64,000 nt of DNA from Anaerolineae bacterium. Lineage in GTDB: Bacteria; Chloroflexota; Anaerolineae; Aggregatilineales; UBA3940. The stretch spans positions 28,414 to 92,413 of the forward strand of contig JAFGOY010000009.1 of assembly GCA_016926255.1 (NCBI GenBank), given 5' to 3'. The notes beneath the pieces were generated by a model. It saw only the letters and a list, made by a program, of their open reading frames with translations. It was not told the origin of the DNA and searched no databases. Below are positions 1-8,499 of the stretch, in pieces. Numbering within the stretch: position 1 is the first letter of the stretch; each line of letters opens with the position of its first letter. The translations under genes and the position numbers were made by a program.

Positions 1-317
1 TCGGCAAGCAAGACATACACATCCTCAACCGGAATGGAACTGCCCTGTTCAGCCTCGGCATTGTCCAGAGCCTGAACGACGGCGGAGGTCAGTTCGGCCT
101 CGGTAAAGGTCATACTGAAGGGGCCATCGGGCGTGGCAAGGTTTAGAGAGCGCCACTTGTTGTTGAAAGAATCGAGGGCCTCGACGGAGGATTCGACCGT
201 AGTCGACGGGATCGACACCTGCTTCATGCCAGCGCCAGGCGCGTTGCAAGCCAGGATAGAAGTGAGAAGAATCAGGCAGGCGAACGTGATGTAGATTGTG
301 CGGTTCGAAGCGATCAT
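1..317 (-). CDS. putative lipoprotein, N-terminal part (gene runs off the left edge)
   Basis: Not in the ORF track. The reverse strand from the ATG (complement of 315-317, AAGGAG just upstream) reads MIASNRTIYITFACLILLTSILACNAPG..., a signal peptide plus lipobox ILAC. The track ORF 49..594 is in another frame. Confidence 0.5.
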   Translation of the reverse strand, partial: MIASNRTIYITFACLILLTSILACNAPGAGMKQVSIPSTTVESSVEALDSFNNKWRSLNLATPDGPFSMTFTEAELTSAVVQALDNAEAEQGSSIPVEDVYVLLA

Positions 318-430
318 GTGTCTCCTTTTGACCAGGTGCGGTATTATAGCGTGTCGAGAAAAGTTGGCAAACAACGCCAACACTTCGCCAAACCAACGAT
401 AACCGGCATGGCACACAGGGAAAACGATTG

Positions 431-1234
431 ATGACTGAAGAACGTGTGCAGAAGATCATGGCACAGGCAGGGATCGCATCCCGGCGAAAATGTGAAGAAA
501 TCATCGAGCAAAAACGGGTAACCGTCAACGGAAAGATCGCAACGCTCGGCATGAAAGCCGACGCCAGCCGGGACGACATCCGGGTTGATGGCACGCGACT
601 GCAAACGCCCGAAATGTTCGATTACATCATGCTCAACAAACCACGCGGCGTGATCTCTGACGAAGATGTCGGCGGGAACTGGCCTGCTGCCCGCGAACTA
701 ATCCCAATCGAGGGCCGGTTGTACCCGGTCGGGAGATTGGACGTTCAGAGCGAAGGGTTGCTGCTGTTCACCAATGACGGCGACCTGGCCCATAAGCTGA
801 CGCATCCCCGCTACGAACATCCAAAAATCTACCGGGTGCTGGTCGCGGGGAATCCAACAGAGAAAACGCTCGACGCCTGGCGGCGGGGAATCACACTGGA
901 TGGAAAACGAACACTCCCCTGCTCAATCGAACGGGTGCAAAAAACGAAAGATGGCACCTGGCTGGAGATCACGTTGAAGGAGGGGCGCAAACGACAAATC
1001 CGGCGCGTCGCCTCGGTTCTCGAACACCCGGCGTTGAGCATCGAGCGGACGGCTATCGGCCCGCTCAAGCTGGGGAACCTGCCTTCAGGCGGGTGGCGGC
1101 GATTGACAGAGGAAGAAGTATCGGTATTGAAGAAGACACTCAGACAAAGCCGCCCACCCCAGAAGAGGCAGCGCCGTCCGCCGCCCCAATCGAACCGGCA
1201 GCGGAAATCGAGCAGCAGCAAAAAACGAAACTGA
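431..1234 (+). CDS. rluB: 23S rRNA pseudouridine synthase, RluB/RsuA family
   Basis: S4 domain (AGIASRRKCEEII), catalytic GRLDVQSEGLLLFTNDG, K/R-rich C-terminal tail. ATG 431 follows an in-frame TTG at 428. Confidence 0.85.
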   Translation: MTEERVQKIMAQAGIASRRKCEEIIEQKRVTVNGKIATLGMKADASRDDIRVDGTRLQTPEMFDYIMLNKPRGVISDEDVGGNWPAARELIPIEGRLYPVGRLDVQSEGLLLFTNDGDLAHKLTHPRYEHPKIYRVLVAGNPTEKTLDAWRRGITLDGKRTLPCSIERVQKTKDGTWLEITLKEGRKRQIRRVASVLEHPALSIERTAIGPLKLGNLPSGGWRRLTEEEVSVLKKTLRQSRPPQKRQRRPPPQSNRQRKSSSSKKRN

Positions 1235-1248
1235 GGATCACAACAGGA

Positions 1249-1929
1249 ATGAATCCCCCATCAACGATAGCAATTGACGGCCCGGCAGCTTCGGGCAAGA
1301 CGACGTTAGCCCTTGCATTAGCCAGACACCTGGGTTATCTCTATTTCGACACAGGCGTGATGTACCGGGCGGTTACCCTGGCTGCGCTGAAAAGGGGGAT
1401 CGACATCAACGACGACGATGCCGTCAGCAGTACGGCCAGAACGATCAGCGTCGACGTGCTGCCACCAACAGTCGACGATGGACGTCCATGTACCGTGCTG
1501 CTCGACGGGGAAGACGTCACCTGGGCGATCCGCGAACCGGAGATCGACGCGCAGGTATCGATCCCCTCGATGTACAGAGGCGTCCGGGAGGCACTGACGA
1601 TCATCCAGCGGCAGATTGCCGCACGCGGCGAAGTAGTGATGGTCGGGCGGGATATCGGGACGGTGGTGCTGCCCGACGCAGATCTAAAAATCTACCTGGA
1701 CGCATCGGTCGAGGAGCGAGCAAGGCGGCGTTGGGAGGAAAATCACCTGCATGGTACCGACGGCAGTCTTGAGGCGGTACTCGACGCGATGAAGAACCGC
1801 GACAAACTGGACAGCGAACGGGACATCGCACCACTGCGCCCGGCGGATGACGCGGTGGTAATCGACAATACGAATTTGAGCATACCTGAAGTGATAGAGC
1901 AGGTCATTCAACTCATCGAAGGCAGGTAG
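1249..1929 (+). CDS. cmk: cytidylate kinase
   Basis: P-loop IAIDGPAASGKTT, FDTGVMYR. The track start at 1093 overlaps the rluB tail. ATG 1249 (MNPPSTIAIDG) gives a normal N-terminus. Confidence 0.9.
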   Translation: MNPPSTIAIDGPAASGKTTLALALARHLGYLYFDTGVMYRAVTLAALKRGIDINDDDAVSSTARTISVDVLPPTVDDGRPCTVLLDGEDVTWAIREPEIDAQVSIPSMYRGVREALTIIQRQIAARGEVVMVGRDIGTVVLPDADLKIYLDASVEERARRRWEENHLHGTDGSLEAVLDAMKNRDKLDSERDIAPLRPADDAVVIDNTNLSIPEVIEQVIQLIEGR

Positions 1930-1939
1930 AACGGCCAGA

Positions 1940-2749
1940 ATGGAAAAACGCGATCAAGATGGCCGTCGTGTATTCGGCGGCCCCCTGGCAAAAAACTGGA
2001 ACTACACCTGGCGGCGGAGACTCTTTCGCTGTGGCATCTGGAATGTCTTATACCGATTCTGGATCAGGCTACGGGTTGAAGGCTGGGAAAACATCCCGGC
2101 GACCGGGCCGGTGATCATGATGGGCAACCATATCTCGGCGATGGACCCGCTGGTAATGATCTCTTTTTACCCCGACCGGGACATCGTGCCGCTAGCGAAG
2201 GTCGAATCCTACAGCGAGCCGTTCATCCGGTATTTTGTGGGACATTGGGGCGCGATCCCGGTCAACCGGGGTGAGGCCGACACCACCGCATTGAAGAGCG
2301 CAATCAATCACATCGATGACGGGTATGTGGTGATGTTCTACACGGAAGGCACACGCAGCCGGACGGGATTGATCGAGGGGCAGGAAGGGACGGCTTACCT
2401 GGCGCTAAAAACCGAGGCGACAGTCGTCCCGGTGGCGATCTGGGGATCGCGGGCATTCCCCGGCACGTGGTATAAGGATTTCCGGCGCACCAAGATCAAT
2501 ATCCGGTTCGGGGAGCCGTTCCGGTTCAAGCACGAGGGGCGGCGCATCCCGCGTGACCTGCTGCGGCCAATGACCGACGAAGCGATGTACCGGATCGCAA
2601 AGATGCTGCCCAAAGACTGGCGCGGGGTATACAGCGATCTGTCAAAAGCATCAACCAATCTGCTTGATTTCGATATCGAGTGGGAACCGGTTCGGAAGGC
2701 TCTGCCCAAACGGGTACTTGCCGAACAGGGCGCAACCCAACCAAAATAA
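1940..2749 (+). CDS. plsC: 1-acyl-sn-glycerol-3-phosphate acyltransferase
   Basis: HX4D motif NHISAMDP and FYTEGTRS block. Confidence 0.8.
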   Translation: MEKRDQDGRRVFGGPLAKNWNYTWRRRLFRCGIWNVLYRFWIRLRVEGWENIPATGPVIMMGNHISAMDPLVMISFYPDRDIVPLAKVESYSEPFIRYFVGHWGAIPVNRGEADTTALKSAINHIDDGYVVMFYTEGTRSRTGLIEGQEGTAYLALKTEATVVPVAIWGSRAFPGTWYKDFRRTKINIRFGEPFRFKHEGRRIPRDLLRPMTDEAMYRIAKMLPKDWRGVYSDLSKASTNLLDFDIEWEPVRKALPKRVLAEQGATQPK

Positions 2750-2871
2750 GGCAGTGGGCAATCGTCATGGCAGCGAAGGGTAAAATCGGATAGACTCCGG
2801 GCTAACATCAAACCGCAGAGAACGCGAAGGAGGGATTATCGAACGGAACTAAATCAAACACAGGATGAGGC

Positions 2872-3078
2872 AGCGCAAGGCCCGGCACAAATAATCACCG
2901 GGTGACGAGGAGGCGGTTCTTCACCGCAGGGTGAAGTTAAGGCAGCGGAAACAACGGCTGCCGAAAATCGACAGATCGGCGGATGCCGCCCGGACGAACC
3001 ACCGTCCGCACCTCTCCAAAACGGATGGACTTTTCGCTAAAACTGCGAAGTGATTCGCAGGACAAAATCGAAAAGTCG
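2872..3078 (+). ncRNA. glmS ribozyme: glmS ribozyme (GlcN6P-dependent self-cleaving leader)
   Basis: AGCGCA...CCCGG/CCGGG stem, core UGACGAGGA (2904-2911), AUCGACAGAUCGGCGGAUGCCGCCCGG (2967-2993), CGGAC/GUCCG stem, and a 3-prime helix GACUUUUCG(3028-3036)/CGAAAAGUC(3069-3077). It lies directly upstream of glmS. Confidence 0.8.
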
Positions 3079-3190
3079 TGGCAGAAAAACAGACCCAAGC
3101 ATCGAACAGATAGCAATCAAACCAGCGTTCGCCGGACGGCAGTTTAACGCATGCCGCACGCACGCTGCTCAAAACCGAAAGGACTCAACC

Positions 3191-5029
3191 ATGTGTGGAA
3201 TCGTGGGATATGTTGGGCCGCAGCAAGCAGCACCGATCATCCTGGGTGGATTGAAGCGGTTGGAATATCGTGGCTATGATTCGGCAGGGATCGCCGTATT
3301 GCAAAACGGCGACATCGTCGTCAGGCGCGTAGCAGGGAAGCTCTCAGCATTGGAAGAACTTGTCGCAGAACAACCGGTGAAGGGACGGCTGGGGATCGGG
3401 CACACACGGTGGGCGACTCACGGCGCGCCAAGCGCCCGCAACGCACACCCGCATATCGGGATGACGGGTGAAGTGGTGGTGGTACACAACGGGATCGTCG
3501 AGAACTTCCTGGAACTGCGCGATGAACTGCAAGCCGAAGGCGCTGAATTTTCAAGCGATACGGATACCGAGACAATCGTCCACCTGTTGGAACGCTACAT
3601 CAACAGTGGTATGTCGCTGGAAGAGGCCGCCAAACGATCCTTCAAGCAGTTGAAAGGGGCACAGGCAATCGTGACCTACAGCCGTAACGAACCCGATCGG
3701 CTGTTCGCCTGCCGGATCGGGAATGCGGGCGGGGTGGCGCTGGGGATCGGCGAGGGCGAAATGTATATCGCCTCGGACATTCCGGCGATCCTCGAACATA
3801 CACGGAAGCTGGTTTTCCTCGAATCGCGGCAGATGGCGACGGTCACTGCCGACGGCTACTCCGTCCAGACATTGGACGGCGAGAAGATCACACCGGAAAT
3901 CCAAAACATCCCCTGGGACCCGGTCAGCGCGGCGAAGGGCGAATACAAACACTTCATGCAGAAGGAAATCTTCGAGCAGCCGCGGGCGCTGACCGATACG
4001 ATCCGGGGGCGGGTGGACTTCGAAAAGCGGCGGGTACACCTGCCGGAAATGAACCTGACTCCCGATCTCGTCAAGGGGTTGAGCCGCATCCATATCGTTG
4101 CCTGCGGCACGTCGTACTACTCCGGGCTGGTCGGAAAGATGCTGATCGAACGAATCGCCCGCATCCCGGTCGAGGTGTCGATTGGGTCGGAGTTCCGCTA
4201 TGCCGACCCGCTGCTGGACGACACCATCGCGGTGCTGGCGATCACACAGTCCGGGGAAACGGTCGATACACTGGCGGCAATGGAAGAAGCCAGGGAAAAG
4301 GGATCGACGGTGTGGAGCATCGTCAATGCAATAGGCAGCCAAGCGATGCGCGTCGCCGACGGGTACATCTCGATGCAAACCGGGCCAGAGATCGGCGTGG
4401 CGAGCACCAAGGCGTTTACCGCGTCGATGGTCGACCAGTATTTGCTGGCCTGCACGCTAGCCGAAATGCGCAACGGATGGACGGAGGAACTGGGGCAGCT
4501 CGTCGCCGACGTAGCGCGAATCCCCGACCTGGTGGGGTCGGTGCTGGATCACGATGAGGAATACCGCCAACTGGCTCACCAACTCTATACGTTCAAAAAC
4601 TTCCTCTACCTGGGTCGCGGGATCAACTACCCGATCGCGCTCGAAGGTGCGTTGAAGCTCAAAGAGATTAGCTACATCCACGCGGAGGGCTATCCGGCGG
4701 GCGAAATGAAACACGGGCCAATCGCGCTGATCGACGAGGAAATGCCAGTGCTGACGATCAACATCAAGGATCACGTCTACGACAAGATGCTGTCGCAGGT
4801 GGAACAGGCGAAGGCCCGCAACGGGATCGTGATCGCGGTGGCGACTGAAGGTGACGAACTGATCGCAGAGAAAGCCGACTATGTGATCAGCGTGCCGGAG
4901 ACTCCCGCCCTGCTCTCGCCGGTGGTAACGGTCGTTCCGCTGCAACTGCTGGCGTATCATATTGCCGTGCGGCGCGGGGCGGATGTGGATCAGCCGAGGA
5001 ACCTGGCAAAGAGTGTGACGGTCGAGTAG
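3191..5029 (+). CDS. glmS: glutamine--fructose-6-phosphate aminotransferase
   Basis: The MCGIVGY N-terminus (Cys2 nucleophile) fixes the start at 3191. Two SIS domains, C-terminal KSVTVE. The track start at 3050 lies inside the ribozyme. Confidence 0.97.
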   Translation: MCGIVGYVGPQQAAPIILGGLKRLEYRGYDSAGIAVLQNGDIVVRRVAGKLSALEELVAEQPVKGRLGIGHTRWATHGAPSARNAHPHIGMTGEVVVVHNGIVENFLELRDELQAEGAEFSSDTDTETIVHLLERYINSGMSLEEAAKRSFKQLKGAQAIVTYSRNEPDRLFACRIGNAGGVALGIGEGEMYIASDIPAILEHTRKLVFLESRQMATVTADGYSVQTLDGEKITPEIQNIPWDPVSAAKGEYKHFMQKEIFEQPRALTDTIRGRVDFEKRRVHLPEMNLTPDLVKGLSRIHIVACGTSYYSGLVGKMLIERIARIPVEVSIGSEFRYADPLLDDTIAVLAITQSGETVDTLAAMEEAREKGSTVWSIVNAIGSQAMRVADGYISMQTGPEIGVASTKAFTASMVDQYLLACTLAEMRNGWTEELGQLVADVARIPDLVGSVLDHDEEYRQLAHQLYTFKNFLYLGRGINYPIALEGALKLKEISYIHAEGYPAGEMKHGPIALIDEEMPVLTINIKDHVYDKMLSQVEQAKARNGIVIAVATEGDELIAEKADYVISVPETPALLSPVVTVVPLQLLAYHIAVRRGADVDQPRNLAKSVTVE

Positions 5030-5181
5030 GGAATCACAAAACCCGACGCTGAGGCACCGGGCTAAAATGGGTATCGGGGCGTTTCTCTCAATGAGGGAAG
5101 CGCCCTGTGATTCATAATCTCAGCGGGCGCAGCACACGACACCAGGTCAAACGAGACAGCACATCAAGAATCAGCCGCCGG

Positions 5182-5739
5182 TCAGCCGGAGACAGTGGAT
5201 AACGCAAAGATCATCGCGGCGACCAGCCCGCCGATGGTCAGTAATCCGATGACGACGTAGACAATGATCATCAGGTTTTTTTGCTTCTTCTGCGCTCTGG
5301 CGGCACGCTGGGCAAGTATTTCGGCGCGGCGGCGATCTTCTTCCATCAGGCGGGCACGGTGACCAGCCATGTACTCGGCATCGACTGATTTGGTGGCGGT
5401 CAGCACTTCACCACGCTCGACGACTCCGTCGCCATCGAGATCGGAAAAGCGGGAGATGATCCCCGATAACGTATCGAGGGGTTCGGCGCACTCCTCACAA
5501 AACTGGGCACCGGGGACGTTGGTGGTACGGCACTTCGGGCAGACAGCACCAAGGTTGCCGCCGCACTTCATGCAGCGAAGCGCCTGACCGGGATTCACCG
5601 TGCCGCAGACACGGCATACGATCTCTTCGCGCGGCGCTTCAAGGACTGAGCCACAGAAGCTACAGACAAGGTTGCCGTCCGCGTCGTGTTCAAAACCATT
5701 GGCACCACAGGCGGGGCAGGAAAGACGTTTGACTCCCAT
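5182..5739 (-). CDS. membrane-anchored triple zinc-ribbon protein with an EF-hand-like loop
   Basis: Three CxxC...CxxC ribbons, DLDGDGVVERGE loop, R/A-rich helix, C-terminal TM (LMIIVYVVIGLLTIGGLVAAMIFAL). Confidence 0.7.
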   Translation of the reverse strand: MGVKRLSCPACGANGFEHDADGNLVCSFCGSVLEAPREEIVCRVCGTVNPGQALRCMKCGGNLGAVCPKCRTTNVPGAQFCEECAEPLDTLSGIISRFSDLDGDGVVERGEVLTATKSVDAEYMAGHRARLMEEDRRRAEILAQRAARAQKKQKNLMIIVYVVIGLLTIGGLVAAMIFALSTVSG

Positions 5740-5876
5740 CGGTTGGTTACCTCCCAGAATTGATCAGCTACCAGTATAGCCAGAAAAGGCGTCACCGGGA
5801 AGTAGGCAATTGTGCAACTCATTGCGCAAAATAGCGTAGAATACTATGAACATAATCAACTTGTCGGAGAGTGATC

Positions 5877-6407
5877 ATGAGCACAATCGAAAAATCGCCG
5901 GAGATTAAACCGGAGACCACATCAGAAGAACGCACCTGGGCAGCGCTGGCACATATCAGCGGAATTCTCACGCTGCTCGTCTCCCTGGGATCGGCGGGAG
6001 CTGCCGGGATTCTGCTGGCATTCATCCCGTTTGTGATATACCTGATTTACAAAGACAAATCCAAATACGTAGCGAACCAGGCTGCTCAAGCCTTTGCCCT
6101 GCAAGTTGTGGGGACGGTCGGGTTCTTGCTGGCTTTGCTGGCCTGGATTCTGGTCCTGGTCTTCTTCTGGGTGATCACCGGCGTGCTGTCGGCGATTCTG
6201 ATCGGCATCGTGTTGATCCCGGTCGCCATCGTTCTGACCATCGTGCTGCCGCTTGCCTGGGTCGCCGTTCCGTTCGTGCTGGGGGGCTACTCGATTGCGG
6301 CTGCCGTCCAGACCGCGAATGGATACGATTACCAGTATCCGTATCTGGGCCGCTACGTCACGAAGTGGCTCGAACAACACGAAGCAGAGTCGGCTCCAGC
6401 CGTTTAG
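5877..6407 (+). CDS. DUF4870-type integral membrane protein
   Basis: ERTWAALAHISGIL motif plus 4 TM segments. ATG 5877 has a GGAGAG SD. The track starts at in-frame GTG 5871. Confidence 0.7.
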   Translation: MSTIEKSPEIKPETTSEERTWAALAHISGILTLLVSLGSAGAAGILLAFIPFVIYLIYKDKSKYVANQAAQAFALQVVGTVGFLLALLAWILVLVFFWVITGVLSAILIGIVLIPVAIVLTIVLPLAWVAVPFVLGGYSIAAAVQTANGYDYQYPYLGRYVTKWLEQHEAESAPAV

Positions 6408-6588
6408 TGTCTCGCGGGATAAATGATGCTGCCGAGACGAGCACAATCGCGAGGCACTCTGGCAGTTGGGCATTGGTAAAGTCGTATCCCTGAATGACTT
6501 TCAGCCCAACTGCACAACAACTGCGGCTCTCCGGCCAGGCACGCTAAAATAAGCGAAACCGCGCCGGTTTGTCCGACCTCTCTTTCAG

Positions 6589-6626
6589 ACGAGGTGGTTC
6601 CCTGTTGGGCCCACCTCGTTTGTCTT
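6589..6626 (+). terminator. possible intrinsic terminator after the DUF4870 gene
   Basis: ACGAGGTGG(6589-6597)/CCACCTCGT(6611-6619) stem followed by TTTGTCTTG (weak T-run). Confidence 0.4.
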
Positions 6627-6749
6627 GCCTCGCTTCCTTCTCGTAACCACCCTACTTTTAAACCAAAATCGTAGTTTGAATAATCCTGTGCTAGAATTTG
6701 CGCAACTGTATTTCATCAACAGGCAGCTAGAGAAAGTGAGGCACTTGAG

Positions 6750-8438
6750 GTGAACCCTGTAGGCGCATTCACGTTTGTTCTGCACAGCCATTTACCTTAT
6801 GCCAGGATGGCCGGACGCTGGCCTCATGGCGAGGAATGGATCCATGAAGCAGCCGTTGAAACCTATCTACCGCTCCTGAACGCCCTTTACGATCTTAAAG
6901 ATCAGGGGGTTGAATACCGGCTAACGATCGGGATCACCCCCATTCTGGCCGAACAACTGGCCGACGACGACGTAAAAGATCACCTCGACGCCTATCTCGA
7001 AGAGAAAATCGGAGTCGCCAAAGCGGATATCGAACGCTTCAGTGAAGAAGAAGACCTCCAACTGAAATATCTTGCCGGGTACTACCGCGACACCTTCGAA
7101 CAGATTAAGACAAGTTTCGACAAGCGCTTCAACCGTGACATCATTGGAGCATTCCGCACCTTACAAGATGCGGGACTGATCGAAGTCATCACCAGCGCGG
7201 CTACACACGGATACCTGCCCCTGCTGGGTCAGGATTCGTCGATTTACGGCCAGATCAAGACCGGGGTCGAGACGTACAAACGGCATTTCGGGAGGCCGCC
7301 GCGCGCGATCTGGCTGCCGGAATGCGCGTATCGCCCGGCTTATATCGACTCTGACGGTAAGGTCAGGCCGGGGATCGAACATTTTCTGCAGGAACTGGGC
7401 ATCGAACTGTTCTTCAGCGAGACGCATACCATCGAAGGCGGGCAGCCGGTCGGCGTGGCTGCCGGGGACGCCATCGGGCCATACGGGGAGATCAAGCGGC
7501 GCTACGTGATCCCGGTTCAGCAGGCGATCCCGCGCCGAGAGGCTTCGACGTTTACGCCGTACTATGTCTCCGATACGACCTCAGGGGTAAAGGCCGAACA
7601 GCATTCGGGGGTCGCTGTGATTGGCCGCGACAACCGGACAGGAATGCAGGTCTGGTCAGCCGATTGGGGCTACCCCGGCGATTACGATTACCGGGAATTC
7701 CACAAGAAAGACGGGATATCAGGGCTGCAATACTGGCGCGTTTCAGGCCCACGAGTCGACCTGGCTAACAAAGACTTCTACCATCCCGATTGGGCCGAGT
7801 ACAAAATCGGCGAGCACGCCCGCCACTTCGCCTGGCTGGTATCAGACCGGCTGAAGGAATATCACAGCTCGACCGGCAACTACGGACTGATCGCCGCCAA
7901 CTACGATACAGAGTTGTTCGGCCACTGGTGGTTCGAAGGAATCGGCTGGATCAAAGAGGTGCTCCGCCAACTGGCTGACGACGAGGCAGTCGAACTGGTG
8001 ACGGCCAGCAATTTCGTCGAACGGCACAAACCGGTCGAGGTGCTCCACATCCCGGAAAGTTCGTGGGGAATGGGGGGCAATCACTGGACGTGGGACAACC
8101 ACGATACACACTGGATGTGGGGGCCGATCCACAGCGGCGAAGAGCGCATGGAAAAGCTGGCCGACAAGTACACCGATCCAACAGTGGACGAAGAGGCGAC
8201 ACTCAACCAGGCAGCGCGAGAACTGCTGCTGCTGGAATCAAGCGACTGGCCGTTCCTGGTGACCACCGGGCAGGCGCGAGAATACGCAATCAGGCGGTTT
8301 ACCCGGCACGTGGAACGATTCGAGGCGCTGGCGACCTCACTGGAACGCGGCCAACCAAACCGGCAGCTTGCCGACGAACTCTACGAGGTCGACAAGGTGT
8401 TTCAGGATATCGACTACCGCTGGTTCAAATCACGGTGA
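6750..8438 (+). CDS. GH57-family 1,4-alpha-glucan branching enzyme
   Basis: FVLHSHLPY N-terminus, WLPECAY and HWWFEG blocks typical of GH57 branching enzymes. GTG start with a GTGAGG SD 8 nt upstream. Confidence 0.85.
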   Translation: MNPVGAFTFVLHSHLPYARMAGRWPHGEEWIHEAAVETYLPLLNALYDLKDQGVEYRLTIGITPILAEQLADDDVKDHLDAYLEEKIGVAKADIERFSEEEDLQLKYLAGYYRDTFEQIKTSFDKRFNRDIIGAFRTLQDAGLIEVITSAATHGYLPLLGQDSSIYGQIKTGVETYKRHFGRPPRAIWLPECAYRPAYIDSDGKVRPGIEHFLQELGIELFFSETHTIEGGQPVGVAAGDAIGPYGEIKRRYVIPVQQAIPRREASTFTPYYVSDTTSGVKAEQHSGVAVIGRDNRTGMQVWSADWGYPGDYDYREFHKKDGISGLQYWRVSGPRVDLANKDFYHPDWAEYKIGEHARHFAWLVSDRLKEYHSSTGNYGLIAANYDTELFGHWWFEGIGWIKEVLRQLADDEAVELVTASNFVERHKPVEVLHIPESSWGMGGNHWTWDNHDTHWMWGPIHSGEERMEKLADKYTDPTVDEEATLNQAARELLLLESSDWPFLVTTGQAREYAIRRFTRHVERFEALATSLERGQPNRQLADELYEVDKVFQDIDYRWFKSR

Positions 8439-8499
8439 CGTTCACTTTCGACCTGGATTCTGCACCACCCGACCCTTGTAACACAGATAGGATTTACCC

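Noticed and set aside
49-594. 181-aa and 86-aa minus-strand ORFs at the left edge.
   Set aside because: They overlap the rluB start and are out of frame with the SD-preceded lipoprotein ORF (1-317). Their sequence is Cys/Arg-rich with no motif.
1093-1248. N-terminal 52-aa extension of cmk that overlaps rluB.
   Set aside because: The extension is a frame-shifted reading of the rluB tail. ATG 1249 gives the canonical P-loop N-terminus.
3050-3190. N-terminal 47-aa extension of glmS in the ORF track.
   Set aside because: It overlaps the ribozyme 3-prime helix. GlmS must begin Met-Cys (MCGIVG).
6557-6571. AAACCGCGCCGGTT shared with 52674-52687.
   Set aside because: A 13-14-nt identity is expected by chance several times among all word pairs in 64 kb. 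There is no flanking similarity.
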